A stretch of DNA of 64,000 nt from Ancylonema sp. Taxonomy: Eukaryota. The stretch spans positions 1 to 64,000 of the forward strand of contig JBFLGF010000068.1 of assembly GCA_050230475.1 (NCBI GenBank). Direction: 5' to 3'. Made by a program: the position numbers and the translations under genes. Under the pieces are notes generated by a model. The model was not told the DNA's origin. It searched no databases and saw only the letters and a program-made list of their open reading frames with translations. Below, in pieces: positions 24,091 to 36,700 of this stretch (its first letter is position 1; the number at the start of each line of letters is the position of its first letter).

Positions 24091-26587
24091 ATGGGCTGCG
24101 CAGCTTCTGCACCCCGGACGCTAGATCAAGTGACAGGTGAGATTTTGATAGTATGGCAGAATTCGGAAGAGTCGCTCCACCTTGTTTGGGGCGTTATAAA
24201 ATGAGCGTATGCCTAGTTGAATGACAGCCCTCATTGAGAAGCAGAGAGTGGTTGAATCAAGACGTTGGAAAACCAGATCATGTATGTGCTATCAAAAGTG
24301 CTGGATTTGTGCTTCTGTGTGTATGCATCTGAACAGATATGCTTAAACGATCACAACGGTTATGGTAGTGCCATCACCTTTTAAATAGCATCAAATTGGC
24401 ATTTAATTTGCCGTACAAGCAAAAGTATTGCAGTATTTACCCTGCTATTCCTGAATATGCTGCGCATATTTGTCTCCAGGTGATGGCGATCATCAGAGCA
24501 GTCGCGATTCAAAAGCGCTCAATTCAGGAGAAGCTTTTACGGCCAATCCGAGCAGCTCCGTGTTGCCGTTTCCCGTGTATCCCGACCATTCTCTAGACCA
24601 AAAACCTGCTTCAAACCCCGAGCAGAAGAGCACTAAAAGTTCCGACGAATCTGAGCCTGATTCAGCTCCAGAACCCCCTCAGACCCCGTCTCTGAGTCCC
24701 ACTTCTCCTCCTGACCCGATGCGGTCGGTTCCTCCCCTCAGCTTCCCCGCCATCCCCGCCTTCAAGTCCGACTCGGGGCTCGCACCCCGCGAATTCACTT
24801 TCGCAGAACTGGAGGAGGCGACGGACAGCTTTTGTTCCGAGCTCGTCCTGGGCGAGGGCGGGTTTGGCAAGGTCTACAAGGGCTACATCGAACAGAGAGA
24901 CCGTCGGAACCCGGAACGGTTCACGAAACGGGAGGTGGCCGTGAAGAAGCTGAACCAGGAGGGTCTTCAGGGGTTTAACGAGTGGCTGACGGAGGTGATC
25001 GTCCTGCGCCGCCTGCACCACCCCCACCTGGTCCACCTCGTGGGGTACTGCACAGAGGGCGGGGAGGGGCTGCTGGTGTACGAGTTCATGCACAACGCCT
25101 CCCTCGACCTCCACCTCTTCTCTGGTATGTAGCAGCTGCGCCGCTCTTTCGCCGCCCTGCGCTGCACGCGGTTTCCGCCCGTGTACTGAGAGTGGTGGTG
25201 GGGGATGAGTGGGTGCAGAGACGGGGCGTGTTCTCACCTGGTCGCAGCGCGTACAGATTGCCCTGGGGGCAGCCCAGGGCCTCGCCTACCTGCACGAGGG
25301 CACCGAACGCTCCGTCATATTCCGCGACCTGAAGGCAGGAAACATCCTCCTGGACCACGTAAGCCAACAATCTCTGTTTTACTTTTTTTTAACAGCTTTC
25401 CTCCCAAAACTCCTCTGAGACCCCGCCCTGTACGGACGTACCCTCCAGGACTTCACTGCCAAGCTGTCCGACTTTGGTCTAGCCAAGGACGGGCCGGCGG
25501 GTGACAAGACGCACGTGTCTACCAAGGTGGTAGGCACCTACGGGTACACGGCGCCAGAGTACATGCAGACGGGCCACCTCACCTCCAAAAGTGACGTGTA
25601 CGCCTTTGGGGTGGTCCTGCTGGAGCTGCTGTCCGGACGGCGTGCTGTGGACATGAACCGTCCGTGGGAGGAACGGTCGCTGGTGTTCTGGGCCAAGCCG
25701 TTCCTGGCAGACAGGAGGCGGTTGGCGAAACTGGTGGACCCGCGGCTGGGAGGGCAGGTACGGGGACTGCGTGACGGTTATGCCTTTGAGCAAGAACACG
25801 TGAATACCGTACATATGATCAATGCATGCTGGAGTTAAACCTTTGTGAAGATTGGAATAAGTGGAGTGATGTACCTCGTATCAGCTGTACCTTTTTTTTT
25901 CTCGTGACGCTGGGGTGTCCTGTAAGTACTCTACTTTTGTTTGCCTCACATTCTCTCAAAAGATTCGTTGAGGCTTTCAAAAGACGCAAGGTTTTCTGCA
26001 TCAGAAGGAGATGTAAGAACAAGAAATTCATTTTGTTGACGCAACCCATGGTAACTCCTTGGATGGGTATGTACGAACTGGTTACTACAATACTTCCGGC
26101 ATATCCATTTCAGCTACGTTACGGTTCTTGTAAAGTAACATCTGGTCGGCCCTTCCCCTCTGTCCGCATAATCTCCGATGCCACGCCACCCTCGCAAAAG
26201 TAGTCTCATTCAATTCAACCTTTTTCTTTCCTTGGGGGGGGGGGGAGGTTATAGTACCCTGAGAAGGGTGCCACCAAATTCGCCATCTCCGCCCACTGCT
26301 GCCTGTTAGACGTGAAATCCCGCCCCAGTATGACGGACATGGTGCAAACCCTCAAGGCTTTGGCGGACCTGAGCGAGGGGGAGGAGGCGAGGCCAAGGAT
26401 GCGCTCATTTCCGGGGCTGGGGTTGGGGGGTGGGGGGGGAGGCGAGGAGGAGGAGGAGGAGGGGGAGGAAGAGGGGGAGGAGGGGTTTGAGGAGGAGGAA
26501 GAGGAGGAAGAGGAGGAAGAGGGTGAGAAGGAGGGAGAGAACGAGGTGGGAGAGGGGAGGCATGGGAGGGGGAGAGAGGATGGGTAG
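24091..26587 (+). CDS. Receptor-like cytoplasmic kinase, RLCK-VII (PBL/BIK1/PBS1-like), N-myristoylation/palmitoylation motif
   Basis: Phase-compatible exons 24091-24136, 24480-25124, 25219-25358, 25449-25757, 26255-26587. MGCAAS start; [86 protein letters not shown]; Gly/Glu-rich tail. Confidence 0.93.
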
Positions 26588-27904
26588 AGGGTGGTGGAAT
26601 GGGGGAAAGGAGAGGGACACTGGAAAGAAGAAGCATGGCTGTGGTCCTCCTTTCCACAACACCCTCTTTTGGACAAAAGGATTCCCCACTCGCCGGAAGG
26701 ATGCCATAACTGGGCGCAGTTATGGAGTGATAGCATAGTAGGGATGTTTGCAAGCGCTGTTGCGGTGATGAGGAAGGCAAGCGAGGGCTGCACGCAGCTG
26801 TAGTTTGAGTGGCATAGACTTTGTGTATCATAGTTTTTAGGGTCACGAGACGGTGGAAACGATCTACATCACGTCGACACGCTGTTGGAAGGTTGACATG
26901 CAAGCACAACACACGTTAATATTGAAACAGTCAAGCTGGTACATATGTGGAACTCTAAGGAGCTATGGTAATCAGTGGTAGACCATGCAATGCAAATAGA
27001 CAACGAAATACTGTCAGCGCTTTTTAGCATCTTCACCAAAAACGTGTTTGGATTCTGTGCCAAGCTACAAGGCGTCTGTGGTTTGAAAATGTTCAAGATG
27101 GTTTACACTCGCCTTGGTGGGTATTATCTAAGAACAAATGTCCACTTGACTCAATTGAAATATCCATTTGAGTTGAGTGTACTCACTACACCATAAAAAT
27201 AACGAGAGAGCCATTTTCGTGTGAAAGCATCAAATGTGAGAGCAACTTTCGTGTGTGAGAAAGTCAAAATACGCATTTGCATATTCAAGCAATGCGGCAC
27301 AATCAAACCACACGTAATTGAGTCTTTGAGATACGTTCATTTCAATGATTCCTTAGAATAGATACGGAGTACCTTCCAAAGGGAATAAATTCGAAGTTAC
27401 AATTTCGTAATTGAAGACAATTGTTTTCGCAACACAAACAATTGCAGCGCGCAGGCCAATCACCCGCTCGGCTGCAACGACGGTGAGTGTAGAGGCGCAA
27501 ATCATTGGCATGAACGACAATGCATGAGCATTACATCACGATACGAATATGTAATTTAGAGGGATAGGTTGCGCATTGATTTCGACAAGCCATTCCGTGT
27601 GCGTTCTTCAACATCATCTTTGTGTGAACGATTCATGCATGTGAGTGTTCATGACTAGCTTTGAAAAACCATTGGTTACCTTCCACTCTACAAGATTGGT
27701 CACGTATACCAAACAATCGCGATGTAATGCGAATTTGTGACTCGAATTCACATAAGTAGATGGTTCGAAATGTACAATCACAATGTACAAGTCACTACGC
27801 ACGTTTGCAATATTGAATGCCCTTCACTCACAACACATCTGATGGGGCTCCAATCAGCTATGAAGTGAAAGCTATGCCTGTTGCATAATGTGTAGAACGA
27901 ATAT

Positions 27905-28082
27905 TCCCCCTCCTCCTCGGCTTCATTATCTTCTCTTATGGATGTCCTCTCTTTCCTCCCTTGCCTTGGCGTCATCAACTTCCAATGTATCTTCTTCTTC
28001 CTCCATCTCCCTCTCCTCTCCTCCCCATCTCCTCTCCCTCCCCTCTCCACCTTCTTTTTGCCCCTCTCCTCTCCCTCCTCAT
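27905..28082. repeat. CT-rich low-complexity tract
   Basis: Runs of CCT/CTC/CTT. Confidence 0.6.
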
Positions 28083-28640
28083 TCGCCCTGTGGTGCTTTG
28101 CGGTTGTCCACACAAATTTGATATTGATTTCGAGAAAAACGGACGCAATGTGCTTATGCACTTGTATAATTTTTGGTTCATACTACAGACACAGTGACTT
28201 CACATTTCATGAACACATAGTCATACAACATCACTTGTCGAGGCGTTCACAATTTCAAGGCAATGTTTTTGGTAGAGGCGTCTTCGTTTAGTAAAATGTC
28301 CGGGACCGGACATGTCCCAAACATGTTGAGCGAGTTCTAGGAGAGTCTGAGGCCAACTATGGAGACAAGTAACGAAACTTGCCAAACGTGTGGGCCTACA
28401 CTCGTTTGCTTCTCTTGCTTGTGACATCAAACTATACTACAAAGACAAGTGGTGTTATAGAAAGGACGATACACGAAGGTCACCATGGACCTCACAAATC
28501 TAATGCACAATAGTGTCCCTTGTCCCCCACTCCGCAGTTGAAAGATGTTGTTTGTGGTTCTCTAGTCTTTCTCTAGTATGAGCGAGTAGACACATAACAA
28601 ACAACGTGGACGTTTTGCATTGTGCAATTTAAACATGTGA

Positions 28641-28682
28641 GGATTGTGGATTGTGGATTGTGGATTGTGGATTGTGGATTGT
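28641..28682. repeat. Microsatellite (GGATTGT)6
   Basis: Six perfect heptamers. Confidence 0.95.
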
Positions 28683-28900
28683 GTAATATTAAGTTTCCAC
28701 GATTTGTCACACTATTCTAGGAAACACCACTTCAAGTTTTTCTCAACATACACTCCCTCCTCCCTCGCTTTCAAGGTTATGGCAATAAGGTTTGCGGTAT
28801 AAGAACATCATATCTTTGCTCTATCATGCATGAAAGAGATAGAATAATCTTTTTCCCACCTATCTCCACTCCAAGGAGAACAAAACCAACCAAGCCACCC

Positions 28901-29724
28901 TCACTCTCGTTGAAGGAATTTATCAATGACAGCTGAGAAGGCCGCGAATCCAACACACCCAACGCAAGCAGCTTGTGGCCCCCCTGAAGCCGATATGGCT
29001 CCACCAGTAACACAGCCTGCTGCAATGGAGTTGTAGATGTCGTGCTTGGCCCGCGCCTGGGACGAGAAGAGAAGAAATGAAAACTATGGGCTCTGAGCCT
29101 CCAGTTCAACAGTTCAAGACTGCAACGAGCAAACGCCGTTTCCCGTGACTCACCTTCTCAATCACGCACTCTGCGCCCGAAAATAGTGCACCCATCACGG
29201 CAAAACTCTTCCCGAGATGGTAACCTTTGGACCCCATAGTACGGACGCCGTGCACGAACACCTCCCGCATCTTCATGCTTTCCGCCTCCAGAGGCCTTTC
29301 CAGAGCGCCAAACATGAATCCAAACGCGACGCCCATAAAACCACCTGGGAAGACGAACAGCTGACATGAGTGACTCCTGGCTCTCAAGATAACAACTTAT
29401 CCTGCATCTACAAACTCACAACGAAAAAGATTCCCCCGGGGACAGTATATCGTGATCGCAAACCTGTTTGAAATAAACGGATGGTCCATTCCTCGAACAT
29501 TCCATCAACTGGAATCTGGATTCCAGAAGTTGGATAGTCTGGGCGACGGAGCGTGGGGTCATACCCATGACACCGCTCATGGCACTCCGCACTGCACAGT
29601 TGTTGAACAGATCCTGTACAACCATCTCCTCTGGCGTGGGCAGGTGAAACTTTATATCTGCTTCTGCGGCCGCCCGCGCTCCGCCGGTGCGATCCTCTCG
29701 ATCTTTTTGCGCATCAGCTGACAT
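28901..29724 (-). CDS. TIM22: Mitochondrial inner membrane translocase subunit Tim22 (Tim17/22/23 family)
   Basis: Exons 29724-29565, 29344-29154, 29056-28901 (507 nt, in frame). [75 protein letters not shown]. Confidence 0.95.
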
Positions 29725-30671
29725 CGTAATTTTCAATATTGAGCAACCAAACTAAACTGACAGGACACGCGGCGAGCGAGAGTCTGGAATCCAAGCACTG
29801 TACTTAGGAGAATATGGTTCGTTCGACTAAGGGCTGTTTGAACACGAATCGTATCTTAAAAATAAAAAAATACCATTCGTCACTGGAGGGGGGTGGTGCT
29901 AGAATGCTTTATTCTGAAGGGAGAAGCTGATCTCGGTGCAGATCTGTGTTACGGCACTGCTTCCTGACCAGCTCTCCGCAGTGTGAGCAAACTTCCTTGC
30001 CCTATCATACTATCTGCCAGGTTTTGCAGGGGAATGCTATTACGCCCTGCCAGAGTACGGTACTTCCGCCAGGGTACCTGTTGGGCGTTAGTAATGCGCC
30101 AAAGTGGCATAATTTGCCAATGCGCCAATTCGGACGTTGTGCGGGCGAGAATGTGAATCCCTGTGGCTTCTCGGTCAAAAGGCGAGAAATTTTGTCGGCC
30201 ATGGCGTGTTTGACACCGAGGGCTTGACAGCAGCAGGTCCTAGCATTGTTGCCATCATCTCCTCTCCCGTGGCTCAAGTTTTGCCTTACCCTCCGGTGTT
30301 GTACCTCTCCACATTCAGCACCCAGATCAGAAGCAAATTCAAATTAGGATTCAACCAGAGTGCTATACGTCTGCGGTCTCCAAGGTTGCGCATCTTCGAT
30401 CCGCGGTGCACTTTTGTTCACCTTTTGAAGGAACTTCAAAAACAAGAAAGGCAGCCAGAGAAACCATAGAATAAGGAAATGGCCATAGAACAACGTCTCC
30501 AATTGTTGTATACTCTAAATCATGGTGCCGTAAGTTGAGGCTGATATGCAAATAAATCGTCTTGTTGCCACTTTCTTCTGAATTTTACTCTGAAGAGTCC
30601 GCTAGTTAGTTGATTACTTGGTGACGCATGTGAATGCAACTTAAGTCAACTAGTATTTTGTGGGTATTTTT

Positions 30672-32711
30672 CAGGGATGCACCGGGACGGCAAAAAATTA
30701 TGCGGACGCCGTATTGCAAACGCGTACGTACAGAATACGACCGTACGGCAAAAGTGGTGCAAACGTTTGCCGGACGTTTGCATTTTGCAAACGTTTTCAT
30801 TTCGCAAACGTTTGGCAAACGTCCGCAACCTTATTTTGATATGTTACGAGTAGTACACTTTCGGGAACTGAAGTACGAAATTCAGTAACTATCGTCATCA
30901 TTGGTTCATGACGTTCACCATTTACGTGACTAAAATTGTGTGAAATTTCTGCGGTACCTTCGTGTAGGACATCAGGTTTTGGAGTCTTCGGTAGCCGCCT
31001 AAAACTTATCTTAGCCATTCGCCGCAATCAGTCTTGTCCCCTGTCTTATCAAGACGTCTTATCGAGTCTATTACCGGTCATTGTTACATTTATCAGCATT
31101 ACCACTTTCCTGAAACACGTAAAATCTTGATGAGAGTCGTTTCATGATAGGCTCAGATGCGGAGGGCGAGGGGGCGATCCCTCCTCCACCAAACCCTCCA
31201 GATCCAGAACATGTTGTCAATTTAAACGAGCCTTTTCCACCCTTCGAAAGTTATTTAGAAGAACAGTATGAATTTGCACCTAGGGATGGAAAGGCAGGCG
31301 GAGCTAGGCTTGCTATGTGTAAGCATTGTAGTAAGAAATTCAAGTCCAGTTTGTCTAGAAGAGTGGCCCATCTGTTACAAATGCCGAATCATGGTGTGGA
31401 TCTATGTCCCAAAATAATCACGGATGGAAAAGTTCACATCTTCCACAAGTTGAAGGGTGCTCACGAAATATGGCTCCACAGTACGTGAATGTTGTACTAA
31501 CAATCTACACTTGTTTTATTTCATACGCCCTTTCAATCTACACTTATATTTTTTCCTCGAGAATTCTGCCTCGTCTTTGGTGTGGGAGTTGGTGGATGAG
31601 GGTAGTCCCACTCAGATCTCCACGTATCAGTGGTGGGGACAGGAAGGTAAGTGTGCTATGCGCAACTGTGAACGACTCTGAACCCTCTGTTTGACCCTCT
31701 ATTGATATATGTGGATTCGCAGTATCTAATTACAGCTCGTTTCCTTTTTCGCGAGTATACGGCTACTCATCTTTATGTGGTTGTTTTCCATGTACATTCT
31801 ATGTGGCTGGTTTGTTTAACTTCACGATAACATGCGAATTTCAAGGTATTCTGTTCCATTCTTGGCGGAAATTGCAAAGAAAATTACATGCCTCATATCC
31901 AGCGCTAGTGCCTGCGAGAGAGTCTAGAGTGCGTACAGTTTCATACATAGCACGAAGAGGAATAAGTTAACCGCAAAAAGAGCAAATGATCTCGTGTATG
32001 TGTACAACAACATGAAACTGATTGCGAAATTGGCTACGCCTGAGAAGTTTGTTGAGTGGGTAGGAGGAGAGAGTGACTCAGACGATGAGACGGAGGAGGA
32101 GATTGAGGCAATTTTGGGGACAGTAGGTTGAGCAAATGTGAGGAGGTGTCCACTTTGTTGATAATAAGTAAAATTTGTTATTTCGAATGATTGTTCTTTT
32201 GGGACAGGAAATAAATATCAAATATTTATTCACCATGATCGTTTCTCACAATGGATCATGGGTATGAATATGTGAATAAGAAGCTCTCATGCCTTCATTA
32301 ATGCCATGACATTTACACTAATAAGAATGATGGGAACTTTATTGGAAAAAAAGAGGGCGCCGAAATGCGTAGGACTATGCATCACAAATATGCAACTCCT
32401 TCGATTGGATGGGTATGTGTAAAAAAACCCAAAAAGTGATCAAAAGAAAAGGTCTTGAAAAAATGTCGCACAACATGGTTGGTCGAGGGGGGGGGGGGAA
32501 AAAAAAAAAACCGAAAAAGAATGTACGGATGCAAACGTTTGCGCTTGCAAACGTTTGCATCCTACTGTCCGTACCGTTTGCCGCATTTCACGGCCGTATT
32601 CCGGACGTTTGCGAGCAAATCCGTACGCCGTTTGCATTTGCCAGTGCCGGCAGATTGCCTTGGGCCCCGTCCGGAAAACGTGCCGTACAGAAATCGGGCC
32701 CCGGCCCGGTG
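30672..32711 (+). mobile_element. Internally deleted hAT (Ds-like) element
   Basis: Left TIR CAGGGATGCACCGGGACGG; partial right TIR CCGGCCCGGTG; GCAAACG/CCGTAC subterminal repeats at both ends. BED zinc finger (CKHCSKKFKSSLSRRVAHLL...C, 31144-31488) and hAT dimerisation tail (ACERV*SAYSFIHSTKRNKLTAKRANDLVYVYNNMKL, ~31910-32020) present; no catalytic core seen. Confidence 0.85.
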
Positions 32712-35700
32712 AAAAAATACTATTTTTTTGGGAGTTTAAGTCCGGGAGCTATTATGCAGCAGGCACGGTGCCAATTGATTTCATTGGTGAGACTTCCTTT
32801 TGGCGATTGATCTTGTAAGATGTGTACTAGTATAAGTTTTGTACATGGATGTGATTTATGCCCCGTCCCTCAAGAGCATTCTCATGACACAGCTTAGTGG
32901 GCGATATGTTGTGTGACGGAGTGCTCACAACCATGTTTAACCGTGTTTCCTTACTTTGCGATTTGTGAGTCTCAACATGGGGAAGGCACATTGATGGTTT
33001 TGAGGTGAGTTCCTCAACCGAATATTTACATTCTCGCAGTTCTACACGCACTATCCAAAAATATAATTTTTGTAAATCTTTGTTCGTTTAGTTTTTTGGA
33101 ACCATGGTGCCAAGATGATGTATGCTATACCGAGAATGCAATGAAGCTCTTTGGGTGATGCCGTGGAGCGATAGTATGCCAAAAGTAACAACGAACAACA
33201 TTCTCGCACTATTTGTTAAAAACGATTGAGGGTTACACAAATTTCACGGTTACATAACTCTGGGCGCAAGAACGAGAAGTAAATACCCCAGCATGGGCAT
33301 GGGGTGTTGCACCAGTATTCGTGTGCAAAATTTAATTTGATATATCCACCCTGGGGTCAAAACGGGGAAGTTATCTCAATATATGGCATGTGTATGGTAA
33401 TCGAGAGTAAGTTTGATTGGTTCTTGAATGCGGATTCTCAAATCTTTCAAGTCATTGAGAGTTGTCTTGTTGTTGTGAAGCCAACAATATTCTCCCCCAA
33501 AAACAAAAACAAAAAAAAAAGGAGGATCGATTTGGTGATGGTTTTTTTTTTATAGGACTTCGCTTACCTCAAGTAATATCCAACAATCTTGATCTTGAGC
33601 TTTCTTATCCTTTGGATGTGACATTTCATACAAAAGAATGTTGGAATCAGGTAAGAGGGTATTGAGCCCTTATCCGAATGAGAGACGCTTTGTTTATGAT
33701 TCTTACAACCAAATGCCTAAATTGTGCCCAACTTTCTCAACTTCGTTGATGTTTGTATGATGACTAGTATCACATAATAGAGATGATGGTATAACGCCCT
33801 TTTAAAGATTGGTGTACTAGTTACTTCTTACTTGTAAAATGCAAGGGTCTAGTCGATAGCTATTCAGAGACAAACATGTTATGTATAACATCTTCAAGTA
33901 CTTCTCTATTCCTTCATCTGCTTCATGTGTTAGAAAAGAGAGTTAACATCGGTAGAGTACACATGAGTTGGCGGATCTACTAATAACACCTTCTATAGAC
34001 GTGTCCATTCTTCTCAATGTTGAAGTGAGATCTATGGAATTTGTCGTGTTTTTGGAATACATGATGTGTAAGTCACCGTCGTTTTTCAATGGTCAACCTT
34101 GTTTATACCCAAAACTTAACGATGGAATCGTACTTCTTTGATAGTTAGTATTATTTGTAGTGACAATTACAATGAATTCCATGATGGAACTGTGTGATTG
34201 ATGTTGCACATCTTCGACGCGTTGTCGACCGCGTCATAGATGTCGTCGCGTCATTCTATGAATTGGCAAGAAACACATGTCAACGTATCGACAAGCAAGG
34301 CAAAAACCTCGCCAACCGACCACTTCCGAAGAAACGATTCGGTCAATATGGAAAGACAAGTAGCGGTGGACTGACCATATATACCGTCTTCATCAACCGC
34401 CGTCCGCAATGGATGTTTTCGGTTACCCAAGTTCAAACTATAGTCCACAATTTAAACATTGGTGACACGTTGGTGAGAGTGAATATAAGCCATGAAGGTC
34501 TTGTTGGCCCGGGAAGATACGACTCCGGTGTGTAAAGTTTCACAATTCGGCCTGTCATGACAAGCTTCGGCAAAGCTCCTAGTAATTTTAACTACAAAAA
34601 ATAGTGTAAACTTTATGTGCAATCAATGTAGAATTGCATGCAAATTTCAATAAAATGGGATTTAATAAATGACAATATCTAGCGCATCAAGAAAGCGGAT
34701 ACATGATCAAAAATCGAATATCCCGCGCATGCATACTGATTTTCAATTCCAAATTCAGCGATATGAAAATAAAAAATATCACACCTCAAACTACGAGTGG
34801 AAATCTGGATATACATTTCTCGTCTACGCGATGCCATTGGCAAGTCGTAGTGCATTTAGTTGTTACCTATAAACACTTGTCATAATCCTATCGCCAAGCA
34901 TACTTGTATTCACCACATAACTCACTTTTAAATCTTGGCGGTACAACACGTGTGGTTTAAAGTATAAAAAAAATGAACACATGAATTTTCCCAACACATC
35001 CGGCACTTTCACCAACTACCTGCGGTCACGTCAAACACCGAAACTCGGTAATGAGTCGGCGTGAGTGCACCGAGCGATGCCAAAACGGCAGACATCCACT
35101 AAGGAAGGTATTATACCATGTTTATACTCAATCCTGTTCTAATAGAGACCGACGCACACATAAATATTGTACACAATCCAAATTGATTTCGAGCATTCTG
35201 AAGCACTTCAGAGCTAAGAGATCACGTTAAGCTCTAGGAGCGCTTTAAATAAAAACGATACGAAGATGACTTCGTATAAATACATAACATATAGTACCCT
35301 TCGACGACGACGCAAAAAAACGACGGTGATTAACTAACGACATCAAAACATGTCGATGTACGTCGACAAATCTTCACCTGGGAACTACTATAAGACCACG
35401 TCACTTCTTTAACATACTGCTCATCGAACTTGTCTGAATATGTGAAACTGAATACCCAAACAACGAAATCACGACAGAAAGAAAAAACCCCAGAGAAATA
35501 TATAAGACTGGAAAACGCTCACAGCGACGGATTAGATCCTGGCACAATATTAATTGGCATCACACTTCAGCAATGAAAAGGAACCAGCCACAATGAAAAG
35601 TCAAGATTATCTGGAGTGTCCGGATCAAATTTCAAGAGGAACAATACAGGGCCGACACGTCATCATCCTTCCGATCCCATCTCCTCGTTATATGATATGA

Positions 35701-36700
35701 GATCAGCAACAGAAACTCGCGGAGGTTGACCGTGATTGACGATCTAGGCACAACATCCTCGAGGACCACAAACATCAAGCTAAGCGGGCGTGAGAAAAGC
35801 AGGCCGATGATTGTTTTGGCGTCATCCGAAAGCATCTGGATGCTGGAGTCATGTCGGACACGATCACTTTGGCCCATTGTTCGTCATTGTCATTCATCAT
35901 TGTTCGTTCTAAATAAAAACTTCGACTCATCTCTCCGAGGTCCGTTTACACAACGTCTCAGATAACGTATCGTGCAGGATGCCCAGGTTTGAATTCTCGA
36001 ATGCGGGATCTCGATGTACGAATCAGACATGTTGAAATCTCTGTCCAGTCATACAACGGTCTAGATTTCCTCAGCAGCCGTCGATAATCTTGCTAGGTGT
36101 CGGGGTCGAGACTGCAGATTAGAAAAAAGTGGGATACCTGTATATGCATGTGAAGTCTCATCAACTGGGGACGCGCATAACTGTGAACACGCCAGATGTA
36201 CAACCACGGCTGCATGCTTTTCTATTGGTGTCTACTTACTTCGTATCGCCTCCTGAATGGCCTCCAAAACTATATCGTTTGGAAGTCCACATGCGGTATC
36301 CCTCTGATTGATTATCACTACAGGAGAACGCCGACACATTTTTTACGAACCGCAAGGCTGCTACGAGTGTTCATCAAGAAGGACGCATCAGTTTCAGCTC
36401 CATAGAGGACGCTTCGTTGGCCGATACTTCCACTCATTTCCATCATACCAGTATGCTAGTTCTACGTTCAGATGATGGCCGTGACTTGAAGTGTGTTCTG
36501 TGAGGTCTGATTTTTTGTTATTTGGTAGGACCAAGCTACTCACACCTCTGGATGTCGTTGATCAGTTCATCTCGACAGTAAAGAATCTGATCGCTGGCAC
36601 ATAAGAATCTGTCAATATCGATGGAGCTCCAACACGCCACCAAGGCGTTGAGGCTTCTCAGAGTCCGGCTGGTCCCATATACAAATTCATAGAGGTTCAG

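Noticed and set aside
26215..26912. Pro/Ser-rich minus-strand ORFs (extensin-like)
   Set aside because: Antisense shadows of the Gly/Glu-rich kinase tail.
28641..28682. Interstitial telomere repeat
   Set aside because: GGATTGT does not match plant or algal TTTAGGG-type repeats; treated as an ordinary microsatellite.
28777..29109. Apparent frameshift in TIM22 exon 3 (ORF-track frame reads GGHKLLAL)
   Set aside because: The spliced frame reads [11 protein letters not shown] through the six-G run without interruption.
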